IMG/VR virus record: IMGVR_UViG_3300037247_000747
Coordinates: 1 to 61,457 of that record
Origin: a virus
Lineage: Duplodnaviria > Caudoviricetes
Strand: one strand, 5' to 3'
DNA length: 61,457 nucleotides
Under the pieces are notes generated by a model that saw only the letters and a list, made by a program, of their open reading frames with translations, did not search any database and was not told the origin of the DNA. The translations under genes were made by a program, and so were the position numbers. Shown in pieces: positions 1 through 8,921 of this stretch (positions are counted from its first letter, which is position 1; every line of letters starts with the position of its first letter).

Positions 1-127
1 GATGAGAGTGTCCTGACAGCCGGTTATGGCATAGATGTCACTGATGCCGGTGGTGACGGTGGTGCTGTGACAGTTGCCGTGGATACAACAGAAATCAGTG
101 CAGACGGTACAGATACATGGTCAGACG
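1..127. repeat. 127-bp direct repeat identical to 61331-61457 (circular assembly overlap)
   Basis: The first 127 nt match the last 127 nt exactly, and an ORF reads through the join in frame. Confidence 0.95.
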
Positions 128-2028
128 GTTCTAATGCGTCGATTGTGTGGACATTCGATGTGTCTGGTACGGATCATTCTATGACAGCAGGGAATGGCCT
201 GATGACGTTCGGTGACGCTGTGACAGTCACAGACACATTGACCGCATTATCAGGTATAGACATGGGTACCAGCCAAACCATATCAGGGACAACCGCTATG
301 ACTTTGGGCGGTGGCTCAGAGACAATCGCAATTAACAGTTCTGATTGGGATATATCATCAACAGGTGTCATGACAGGTATCGGCGCTATTACCTCCAATG
401 GCGTGGTCACTTCAACAGGACTCACAATTGGGTCAGCGGCAATCATAGAAGCTGAATTAGAGATCATCGACGGTGCTACGCTAAACACCTCAGATATTAA
501 CATAATTGATGGTATTAGCGATTCGGGCAACCTAACAGCAGGAGAATTGCTGTATGTTGATGGTGTGACTTCTGCTATTCAAGCTCAATTAAATGCTAAA
601 GAGGGAACGCTTACAAACGAGGCTGGTTTGTATTCTGCGCTATCTGACGTTACCCTATTCCTTGAAGATCTTGTGGACGATACCACGCCATCATTAGGCG
701 GTGATCTGGCAATAGCAGCATACGAACTCCAAAGTACATCAAATATTGTCCTTCAGTTAGGAGATGCTGCCGGAGCAAACGTATTTGAGATTGAAGATTC
801 TGATGGTACTACCATATTTGATGCTGATTCAGACGGAAATGTGTATTTAGCAGGCAGTATATCATCTGAGGCTGTCAACAATCCATATTACAAGTTCGAT
901 GAAAACGATGGAACGGATTACTGGATGGGCATTTATGATACCACAACCGACAGGTTGGAATTCAGACGTTCTATAACCGTCGACACATCGGTCGATATGT
1001 ATCTTGATGCTAATGAGCTTCAGGTAAACGGGAATGTAGATGTTTCATCCGGCCATACATTCCAAATTAACGGAACACAGATAGCTCTTACAAACCTTTC
1101 AGATGGATTATCCCATAACGCAGGCCATGAACGGGCAGGAGCAGACGAGATAGACGGAGACCATCTGGGTATAGACTTTACCCCAAGTAATTATACACCA
1201 GCGACAACACCGGCAGAGGCAGCTAATGTTGACGATCTGGCAGCACATTTACAGGGGATTGATACCGTCCTTGGTGCATCTGGCACAGGTACGTTGGCAG
1301 GTATGACAGACACAACCATATCTTCACCGGCTGCTGGTCATCTTCTGATATGGGATGGTTCAGACTCCTGGGACAATAAAGCTGTGAGCGGTGATATTAC
1401 GATTGATTCTGCCGGGGTTGTCACATTAGCTGCAAATGCTGTTGATTCAGACAATTATGTTGATGGGTCAATAGACGTAGAACATCTATCAGCCAACTCT
1501 GTTGATTCCGATGCTTACGTTGACGCATCGATAGACCTGGCTCATATGTCAGCAGAAAGCGTTGACAGCGATCAGTATGTCGATGGTTCGATAGATAATG
1601 AGCATTTAGCTGGTAGCATAGATGTGAGTAAAACAGCATTGGCGGCTGGAAGATCATTAACATTGTCTACAAACACAATGAATGCCGATGCTGAATTATA
1701 TACTGATTCAAAATGTATTTACATTGAAGATCCGACAGCAGACGACGATCTGGAAAGCATATGGAGAACAAAAGATATTGCCGTAACCCTAACGAGTATA
1801 TGGGCCGAATCCGATCAGACGGTTAATTTTGATCTTCAAATAGACGATGGAAGCCCGGCTGATGTAAATGGATCAGATATAAGTCCAGCAGCCGGTGAAG
1901 CTGAGGATACTGATTTAGGAGGCGATACAGCAATGGCCGATGGCGATAGGCTTGATCTTGTAGTTACTTCTGTAAGCGGAGATCCAACATGGGTAAGTAT
2001 TTGCTGGACATATACAAAGGATGATTAA
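1..2028 (+). CDS. 3' part of a ~1037-aa tail-fibre-like protein that begins at 60245 and crosses the contig join
   Basis: Frame 1 is open from base 1 (DESVLTAGYG...) to TAA at 2028. It is G/T/S/D-rich, with VDSDxYVDGSIDxEHL repeats and a C-terminal beta-rich domain. Confidence 0.85.
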   Translation, partial: DESVLTAGYGIDVTDAGGDGGAVTVAVDTTEISADGTDTWSDGSNASIVWTFDVSGTDHSMTAGNGLMTFGDAVTVTDTLTALSGIDMGTSQTISGTTAMTLGGGSETIAINSSDWDISSTGVMTGIGAITSNGVVTSTGLTIGSAAIIEAELEIIDGATLNTSDINIIDGISDSGNLTAGELLYVDGVTSAIQAQLNAKEGTLTNEAGLYSALSDVTLFLEDLVDDTTPSLGGDLAIAAYELQSTSNIVLQLGDAAGANVFEIEDSDGTTIFDADSDGNVYLAGSISSEAVNNPYYKFDENDGTDYWMGIYDTTTDRLEFRRSITVDTSVDMYLDANELQVNGNVDVSSGHTFQINGTQIALTNLSDGLSHNAGHERAGADEIDGDHLGIDFTPSNYTPATTPAEAANVDDLAAHLQGIDTVLGASGTGTLAGMTDTTISSPAAGHLLIWDGSDSWDNKAVSGDITIDSAGVVTLAANAVDSDNYVDGSIDVEHLSANSVDSDAYVDASIDLAHMSAESVDSDQYVDGSIDNEHLAGSIDVSKTALAAGRSLTLSTNTMNADAELYTDSKCIYIEDPTADDDLESIWRTKDIAVTLTSIWAESDQTVNFDLQIDDGSPADVNGSDISPAAGEAEDTDLGGDTAMADGDRLDLVVTSVSGDPTWVSICWTYTKDD

Positions 2029-2029
2029 A

Positions 2030-2620
2030 ATGAAAAGATGTCTTATTACTTTATTCATAGCTTTATTCCTTCCCCTATATGTTTTTGCTGCAGAAGAATC
2101 TATTGTTCCTGACGGTAGAACTTCCGGGCAAACAATGACATATACTTCGGGTACTGATGGTTACGATATGATAGACGAAGGATATGCGTCTAAAGATGGT
2201 TATACAACCGTTGTAAGAAATGCATATGGAAGCTCAAACGAAATAGAGCAGTATAGCTTTGCTAATGTCTCAGTTATGGGTGGTGGTGACGAAACATCTC
2301 AGATTGTAATAAAGGTTTATGCGGGTGAGACTGGCGGGAGTGGTGCGCTTGATGATGCAGTGGGCATTAGATTATATATAGCAAGTAGCTGGGAAACACC
2401 GGATGGAGGGCAGTATCAGACATTACCGGAAACTCTAACAGATTTGACCTACACGTTTACAGGTGTGTGGACTCAAGGTGAAGTCAATGCTATGGACGTG
2501 GAATTGTCTTTGCGCGGTTTAGATGGGGATTATAACCCTGCATGTTCAACAATTGAGGCAGATATTACCTATGCTGCAGGCGGTGGCGGTGATCCAAGGA
2601 GGATAATGTTAATACAATGA
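2030..2620 (+). CDS. Signal-peptide-bearing beta-rich protein, putative fibre accessory/lectin subunit
   Basis: Sec-like N-terminus MKRCLITLFIALFLPLYVFA; Gly linker followed by a short RRIMLIQ tail. The track start is 2021, but 2030 has the better RBS spacing. Confidence 0.7.
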   Translation: MKRCLITLFIALFLPLYVFAAEESIVPDGRTSGQTMTYTSGTDGYDMIDEGYASKDGYTTVVRNAYGSSNEIEQYSFANVSVMGGGDETSQIVIKVYAGETGGSGALDDAVGIRLYIASSWETPDGGQYQTLPETLTDLTYTFTGVWTQGEVNAMDVELSLRGLDGDYNPACSTIEADITYAAGGGGDPRRIMLIQ

Positions 2621-4317
2621 GAAATATATTTATAACGATAAGTTTGTTTTTATTAGTTGCATTTCCAGTATTTGCGGAAGATGTTTACGTTGATTCAACC
2701 ATTGCTGATTGTACTACATATAGAGTCACGGAAAGGGATTGTGGTTCTGGTTCAGAACGAGCCTATAGTGCCATTCAAGAAGCAGTCGATTATGTTTCGA
2801 CCTCAGACGATATTTATATTCGTGGTGGTACATATAACGAAAACGTAACTATGGATAGTAATCAAGGCGCAAGTGGAATTGCTGAGGATTACGCAACAAT
2901 ACAGTCTTATCTTGGAGAGTGGGCGATCATAAATGCGTCTGGCGGGACTGCATTGGGTCGTACCTATAACGGGCGGGACGGTGGGAATGAATTTGAGTAT
3001 TTAACTATTCAAAGACTTGAAATTACAGGAGGTGGGTCTACTAATTCGGGGGGAGGCATTGGCATAGCTGGTGATTTCTTAGAGTTCAGATACCTCTATA
3101 TACATGACAATACGGCAAGCAATGGAAATGAAAACCCTGCCGGTATAAGAACTTATGCCCTACATGATAGTATTATAGAATATTGCTATTTTGACAATAA
3201 CGGGATGGACTCTGGCACGGACAACAATTCAGCTCATATCGCTATGTTTGGCGATTATGCATGGAACTCTATAGGCGAGAATGGATTTAATGGCACCGAG
3301 ACAAATGTAACAACCAGAAATACTATTCGATATAATTATTTCAATGATGCTCCGATTGCAATTAAGCATAAAGGCGGGCAGTTATTTACAGGTAGAAATA
3401 CTGGTGGTGCTGATTTTGTCGATACATATAAAACAATGGGTGATAAAATTCATCATAATCTTTTTCAGAACATCGCTGTGTACTGTATAAACGCCGAGCA
3501 AGATTTTTGTCAAATATACCAGAACATTTTCGATAATCCTAACTTTGCAATAGTCGTACATTATCAACCTGACTTTCAGCTATATAAAGTAACAATATAT
3601 AATAACACCATTTGGAATCCGGTCGACGCAGGGATAACGCGTTTTGGGTGTATCTATAGCGGTTTTAGCGGTTTTACTGAAAACCAGATTCATTATGGTT
3701 ATGACTGGAACAATATTTTTGATTCTGCTGATGTGCATTATACAAATGTAGATTCAATGGACTGGGGAACTACCACAGCGATAAATATCCTTTGGTACTC
3801 AGGCGGTAGCAGAACTCAATACTCATCACCTGACCTTATTACGGGGTATTATTCATCTGACAATTATTTTTACCGGCCCGATGATCCAGACCAATTCAGG
3901 ATGATTCAAAATAACTTTTTTACCGTATCGGAGTTTGAAGGGCAATCATTAACTCACACACCAAGAGATCAATATACTAATGCATATAGCGGTGGAGATT
4001 TACTGTACGTGGGAACTACTGGGGCAGATAAATTCGTAACCAGGGGGGCGCATGTTGTTGATGGCGCCACTACAATAGCAAATGGTGGGATCGGCGGGGC
4101 GCACCCTTATTTGAACGGTGTAACCATACCTTCTTTTGTCGGTGCAACAAACCCCAGTGACAATGATTGGGTTGATGGTTTATTGTCAGATTTAACAAGC
4201 ACAGCATGGCTTGAAGATCAGACAGGCGATCCAACATGGATTGAAGGTGCTGAGGCAGCATCCACACCATCAATGTCTGGCGTATCATTTAGCGGTGGTG
4301 GAAATGGTGGGGGTTAA
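2617..4317 (+). CDS. Signal-peptide-bearing parallel beta-helix (pectin lyase-like) protein, tailspike/depolymerase-like
   Basis: Signal MRNIFITISLFLLVAFPVFA; IQEAVD...IYIRGGTYNE start typical of beta-helix proteins; repeated IxxNxF/IYNNT rungs. Confidence 0.8.
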   Translation: MRNIFITISLFLLVAFPVFAEDVYVDSTIADCTTYRVTERDCGSGSERAYSAIQEAVDYVSTSDDIYIRGGTYNENVTMDSNQGASGIAEDYATIQSYLGEWAIINASGGTALGRTYNGRDGGNEFEYLTIQRLEITGGGSTNSGGGIGIAGDFLEFRYLYIHDNTASNGNENPAGIRTYALHDSIIEYCYFDNNGMDSGTDNNSAHIAMFGDYAWNSIGENGFNGTETNVTTRNTIRYNYFNDAPIAIKHKGGQLFTGRNTGGADFVDTYKTMGDKIHHNLFQNIAVYCINAEQDFCQIYQNIFDNPNFAIVVHYQPDFQLYKVTIYNNTIWNPVDAGITRFGCIYSGFSGFTENQIHYGYDWNNIFDSADVHYTNVDSMDWGTTTAINILWYSGGSRTQYSSPDLITGYYSSDNYFYRPDDPDQFRMIQNNFFTVSEFEGQSLTHTPRDQYTNAYSGGDLLYVGTTGADKFVTRGAHVVDGATTIANGGIGGAHPYLNGVTIPSFVGATNPSDNDWVDGLLSDLTSTAWLEDQTGDPTWIEGAEAASTPSMSGVSFSGGGNGGG

Positions 4318-4319
4318 TT

Positions 4320-6329
4320 ATGGTGGACTCTTTAGTACAATTCAGAACCAACGACCAGCTTGACCAGGATGAAAGGGAGGAAGTCGCCAAAAGGGATGCT
4401 GCACAGGTGCAGGCAAGCCCTTTAGTTTCTTCCCTGACATCTCATGTTTTAAAAAGATGGGAAGCTGCCAAGACTGCAAAGCTCGAAATTGAGCGGAAGC
4501 ATATGAGAATAAAACGTATGCTTAGGGGTGAATATGAGCCTGATAAGCTGGCTAAGATCAGAGCCAGGGGCGGTGCTTCAGTATATATGCGTTTGGCCGA
4601 TGAAAAATCTACGGCATTAAAAGCCTGGTTGATCGATATCTTGTTGCCGGCCGATGAAGAACCTTGGGGAGTATCACCGACTCCTGTGCCTGATCTTCCC
4701 CCCGAACAGCATCAAAGTATCGAGCAGTCGGTGTTGGCCCTGGTAGAGCAGGATATGGCAATTGGTGTAGAGGCCACACCCGAAGATGTGGTCAACAGAA
4801 TCCAGGGCATAGCCGGGGAGATACAGCAGCAGTTAGCGGAAGCAGCAAAAGAGGTTGAGCGCAAGGTAGAGACCAAGATTAAGGATGTTATTGTAGAATC
4901 GAATTGGCGCCAGGCACTTAAAGATTTTATTTTTAATTTGGTTGATTATAAAGCAAGTTTCCTTAAGGGGCCTGTCTTTCGCATGGGAAAAGAGATTGTC
5001 TGGGATGAGAACGGATCTCCGCAGGTTGTTGATAAGATCAATATGGAGTTTGAAGCTCCTAACCCAGTGGATATGTTTCCTTCTCCTTCCTCAAAAAATT
5101 GTAATGACGGATATCTGTTTCAAAAGCATTCCCTCACACGCAAGTCCCTGGTCGCAATGAAGGGTGTGAAAGGATATGACAGCCAGGCCATTGACAACGT
5201 CCTTAGGGATTACGGAAACGGTGGATTGAAAAGATGGATATACGAAACCAGACAGAATGAAGTTGACAGGCTATCAGAACGGCCTCATGCCGAGCTTGAC
5301 CCTGAAGGTACCATTGATGCCTTGCAGTTCTGGGGATCAATTCAAGGGCTCTCTTTGCTCGAACATGGTATAGAGGTAGAAAGAGTGCCTGATCTTTTCG
5401 CAGAGTATGAAGTGGAGGTCTGGCAGATAGGAAACTATGTAATCAAGGCAGAGCTTAACGGCAATCTTTTAGGTGACAGGGGTTACTATAAGGCGAGTTT
5501 CCGGAAGAAGACTGACCAGTTCTGGGGTGACAGTTTACCCGAAGTTATAGAAGACAACTGTGATGTGTGCAATGCGGCTGCAAGGAACATGGTCAATAAT
5601 GCAGGCATGATATCCGGGCCTCAAATCGGCGTGGATAAGAATGCAATGCCAGCCGGTGAAATTATTACCAATATCACGCCGTTGAAAGTATGGCAGTTCC
5701 ATTTAGCTGATGTAGCAAATGGTGGGAAACCGCCTATCTGGTTCTTTCAGCCCAAGAGCATGATTAATGATCTGATAAAGCTTTATGAGTTTTTCAGCGA
5801 CCAGGCTGACAACCGATCCGGTGTACCAAAATACAGCTATGGTCAATCTTCCGGGGGCGGTGCGATTAACACGGCAACCGGTTTCTCAATGATGATGTCC
5901 AATGCTTCAAGGGGGATTAAGCTGGTTATCAGCAATATCGATGAAGTTATAGAAGGATCTGTCAAGGGGGTTTATACCTTCCTGCGACTGAATGATCCTG
6001 ACCCGGTTTTAAGGATGGGTGACATTAAGCTTATACCCAAGGGTTCAAGTAGCCTTGTGGCAAAAGAGCAGACTCAAATAAGAAGGAATGAATTTCTACA
6101 AACTGCTTTGCATCCTTTACTGTCACAAATAATCGGGCCGGAGGGACTCGCAAAGATGACGCGAAAAGTCGCAAGCGGTCTGGATATGGGCGGGGAGGAT
6201 ATCGTACCATCGGATGAGGATCTTAAAAGGCTGGTGCTCCAACAGGCAGGGCCACAAAACAACGGCAAGGGAACAAACACTAATCCGGCAGGTGACAGGA
6301 TGGGAGGTCAGGATGCTCGAACAGTTTAA
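4320..6329 (+). CDS. Portal protein
   Basis: 669 aa between terL and capsid; FWGDSLPE, NAAARNMVNN and TATGFSMMM motifs typical of podovirus portals. Confidence 0.88.
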   Translation: MVDSLVQFRTNDQLDQDEREEVAKRDAAQVQASPLVSSLTSHVLKRWEAAKTAKLEIERKHMRIKRMLRGEYEPDKLAKIRARGGASVYMRLADEKSTALKAWLIDILLPADEEPWGVSPTPVPDLPPEQHQSIEQSVLALVEQDMAIGVEATPEDVVNRIQGIAGEIQQQLAEAAKEVERKVETKIKDVIVESNWRQALKDFIFNLVDYKASFLKGPVFRMGKEIVWDENGSPQVVDKINMEFEAPNPVDMFPSPSSKNCNDGYLFQKHSLTRKSLVAMKGVKGYDSQAIDNVLRDYGNGGLKRWIYETRQNEVDRLSERPHAELDPEGTIDALQFWGSIQGLSLLEHGIEVERVPDLFAEYEVEVWQIGNYVIKAELNGNLLGDRGYYKASFRKKTDQFWGDSLPEVIEDNCDVCNAAARNMVNNAGMISGPQIGVDKNAMPAGEIITNITPLKVWQFHLADVANGGKPPIWFFQPKSMINDLIKLYEFFSDQADNRSGVPKYSYGQSSGGGAINTATGFSMMMSNASRGIKLVISNIDEVIEGSVKGVYTFLRLNDPDPVLRMGDIKLIPKGSSSLVAKEQTQIRRNEFLQTALHPLLSQIIGPEGLAKMTRKVASGLDMGGEDIVPSDEDLKRLVLQQAGPQNNGKGTNTNPAGDRMGGQDARTV

Positions 6330-6927
6330 AAAACTATTGAAGATCAGGATGGGGATTAAAGAGTATTTTACAAATCTTCTAAAGAAAGAAATAGAGAAAG
6401 ATTCAAAGCCCGGCTTGAAAAACGCTGTAACGGTGGGTGATCAGGAAGTAACTTTACAGGAGCTTGAAAGCCAGACAGACCATCGCACCCTGGGGGAAAT
6501 TGAGGAAGATGAACAGGATCAATGGGTATACATTCAGAAGGATCTCAAGGATTACCGGTTTAATACGATGGAGGGTGCAGGGGTTTTTGTCGGGGAGTGT
6601 GTTGTCCAGGTTTTAAGGAAATGCGGTGTTGTCAATGAACTTGGCGCAAAGAAAATGGACGGGCGTTTGATATTTATGAATATGGTTAACAACGATAAGT
6701 TTGCCAAGGCGATGTATCAGAAGCATAAGGTAAGGTTCTCAAGGCATCGAGATAGCCAGGGTGACGAGTTTTGGGAGGCAGGAGCATACATATACAAAGA
6801 TAAGGAGTGTGTGGCCTTCATTTCGGACGGTAGCTTTGTGAAAAGTGAATATATCGTAGGCCCTGCTTTCTATGTTGTAAGAACAAATGTTCAGCTTCCT
6901 GGGGGGAAAGGGGTTAAGGCAGCATGA
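6313..6927 (+). CDS. Hypothetical protein
   Basis: GGAGG RBS precedes ATG 6313, in frame with the track ORF at 6214; ends KGVKAA. Confidence 0.65.
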   Translation: MLEQFKKLLKIRMGIKEYFTNLLKKEIEKDSKPGLKNAVTVGDQEVTLQELESQTDHRTLGEIEEDEQDQWVYIQKDLKDYRFNTMEGAGVFVGECVVQVLRKCGVVNELGAKKMDGRLIFMNMVNNDKFAKAMYQKHKVRFSRHRDSQGDEFWEAGAYIYKDKECVAFISDGSFVKSEYIVGPAFYVVRTNVQLPGGKGVKAA

Positions 6928-7325
6928 ATTTAGATATCAACGACTGCGAGAATTTCGGTCAGGTAATAGATGCCGTCACCGCCTTTGAGCTTCGTTATGA
7001 TGAGCGGCCACAAAGGCTGATAGTCAAAAGGCGTGTATTTGCGGGAATAAGAGAGAATGACCCCATTATCGGGGATCTCTATCGGCGTAAGGAGTCACCA
7101 TTTTATTTTTTCGAGAACGTTATAATTTACGAAGAAGATATTGTTATGTGGCAAAATATTCGAGAGGAATACGACCCTCTTGAATTTTGGTTACTCTATT
7201 GGGCATCTAAGGATAATATCTTCTTTGATCTGTTTGGGGAAAATGAAACGGTTAAAATAACAGGCATGAGCGATGTTAAGTATCCTGATCCACTTAAAGA
7301 AACTAAAGGAGTCAAAGCAGCATGA
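6924..7325 (+). CDS. Hypothetical protein with weak resemblance to an HK97 A-domain pattern
   Basis: ATGA-coupled on both sides; ends KGVKAA. Confidence 0.6.
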   Translation: MNLDINDCENFGQVIDAVTAFELRYDERPQRLIVKRRVFAGIRENDPIIGDLYRRKESPFYFFENVIIYEEDIVMWQNIREEYDPLEFWLLYWASKDNIFFDLFGENETVKITGMSDVKYPDPLKETKGVKAA

Positions 7326-7630
7326 TAGCGATGCCAAAGTGCGAAGACATCGGAACATTAGCGGTATTAAAACAGGTACGGGGTGATCCTGACCTTAAAC
7401 CGCTTAAGGACTTATTCCAGAGCGACCTGGATCATTTCAGAAGGAAGAACGATAAGGCAGTGGGGGATGTGCTTTCTCAGCAGCAGGGAGCCTGTCAGTA
7501 TATTGACGCACTTTTAGAGCGGATAGAAAGCTCTCCTGAGATTATTGAAAAGGTGAGGAGTGCAAAGCCAGCCCATCAAATGGGGGAAAATTTTAAGATG
7601 GAGCCTTTGAGTCCTCCGGAGGAACATTAA
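7322..7630 (+). CDS. Small helical head-module protein of the type usually found after podovirus portals
   Basis: Size, position and QQQG motif. Confidence 0.55.
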   Translation: MIAMPKCEDIGTLAVLKQVRGDPDLKPLKDLFQSDLDHFRRKNDKAVGDVLSQQQGACQYIDALLERIESSPEIIEKVRSAKPAHQMGENFKMEPLSPPEEH

Positions 7631-8115
7631 TGAACAGGCCAGATCATTTTAAGCCACACACAGAAGGACACAGAGAACTCTTTATGGATCTCCTTAATTG
7701 TGTGCCAGATGAAAATAGAGGCAATACGGCAGGTATTTGCTCTGCGATGTTTAATCTTGGGACTATAGAAGATCCGATTGAAATCAACAAAAACAATATC
7801 TTAGACTTAATAGTTGACATGGAGACTGTACTGGAGGAAAGATTTGAGTTTTGGGGTGAGCCAACAAAAGGTAAGTGGTGTTTGCTTTCTGCAGAATTTA
7901 TAGAAATGATAAGAAGAAGTGATTATAAAAATCTTCAGTATAGAGTTTCGAGTGGGTTTATGGGAGAAATCGATAATATGAATATTTATCTATCTCATAT
8001 GGTTCCAGAAACCTTGAGCCATGGCAAAATGGTGAAGCATATTCTATTTGGGTGTCCAGGAGCCATAAAAGCTGAAGGACTTGGCGTTTGTTGTGCTGTT
8101 AGAGGTGCTGCATGA
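7630..8115 (+). CDS. Truncated paralogue of the major capsid protein (A-domain region)
   Basis: NRGNTAGICSAMFNLGTIEDPIEINKNNILDLIVDMETVLEE aligns by eye with MCP NIGSTAGHESGSYNMGVSGTPKIISKENILEYTIDYGTILDE. Confidence 0.75.
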   Translation: MNRPDHFKPHTEGHRELFMDLLNCVPDENRGNTAGICSAMFNLGTIEDPIEINKNNILDLIVDMETVLEERFEFWGEPTKGKWCLLSAEFIEMIRRSDYKNLQYRVSSGFMGEIDNMNIYLSHMVPETLSHGKMVKHILFGCPGAIKAEGLGVCCAVRGAA

Positions 8116-8288
8116 ATGAGCCGGTCAACAGGTACAAACCAATGGAGGTACCTTTAACCAAGGATAATATTCTTGAGCATATTGTCGAATGTGCGAAGAT
8201 TTTTAACGAAGAACCAATTGCCACAGGAACGAGATATGTATGGCATCCCTTTCTTGAAGAGATGGTTGAGGTAGAGGTAAAAAAATGA
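8112..8288 (+). CDS. 58-aa capsid-fragment paralogue (not in the ORF track)
   Basis: TKDNILEHIVECAKIFNEEPIATGTRYVWHP aligns without gaps to MCP SKENILEYTIDYGTILDEHDVPDDSRWTTFP; ATGA-coupled. Confidence 0.65.
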   Translation: MNEPVNRYKPMEVPLTKDNILEHIVECAKIFNEEPIATGTRYVWHPFLEEMVEVEVKK

Positions 8289-8332
8289 ACAGACGACAAT
8301 TCATAAAGGGTATTCCCTGGGGGGTTGCATGA
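8285..8332 (+). CDS. 15-aa mini-ORF MNRRQFIKGIPWGVA with a twin-arginine-like motif
   Basis: GAGG RBS upstream; ATGA overlaps at both ends. Confidence 0.4.
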   Translation: MNRRQFIKGIPWGVA

Positions 8333-8706
8333 ACAAAGAAAGCTACAAATTGCTTGAAATGAGCGATCAGGATGAAGTGAAGTTTCACGTTGCCCGTGAT
8401 CCTCATTCTTTTCATAAAACATTAGTTATAGCTTGCCAAGATGTAGGAGATCCAAGGTATAGAAATCCGAACGTTAGGTATTTTGGCGAAATAATAATGC
8501 GCAGATATGAGAAGGGGGTGATGTTAGGGGCACCGGCAATGCATTTACACACCCGGCAGTCACAGCAACTTATGGATGAGCTTTGGAGCGCCGGGGTCAG
8601 ACCCACAGAAGGCCATGGCAGCACAGGCCAGATAGGCGCAACCGTGAAGCATTTAGACGATATGCGAACGATTGTTAACAAGATAATGGAGGTGGATTTG
8701 AAATGA
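8329..8706 (+). CDS. Hypothetical phage protein
   Basis: Coupled ORF with a QQLMDELWSAGVRP...HLDDMR motif. Confidence 0.65.
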   Translation: MNKESYKLLEMSDQDEVKFHVARDPHSFHKTLVIACQDVGDPRYRNPNVRYFGEIIMRRYEKGVMLGAPAMHLHTRQSQQLMDELWSAGVRPTEGHGSTGQIGATVKHLDDMRTIVNKIMEVDLK

Positions 8707-8921
8707 AAGCAATCGCTCTATTCATCTTCCTCTGCTTATCCGGCTGTAACTATATTGAGGACATGGCAGATGATGCAGCAGAAAACGCCATAGGGGATTG
8801 CCCCACTCAAGAACAGGTTGAGAGGATTATTCTTGATGCTATTGATGATGCGTTTGAGCATTACAGGTATGAGATGAAAGAGGATATGAAAGAAGTGTTG
8901 GAGGAAGTTATTAATGGATGA
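8703..8921 (+). CDS. Small putative lipoprotein
   Basis: Lipobox MKAIALFIFLCLSGC. Confidence 0.65.
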   Translation: MKAIALFIFLCLSGCNYIEDMADDAAENAIGDCPTQEQVERIILDAIDDAFEHYRYEMKEDMKEVLEEVING

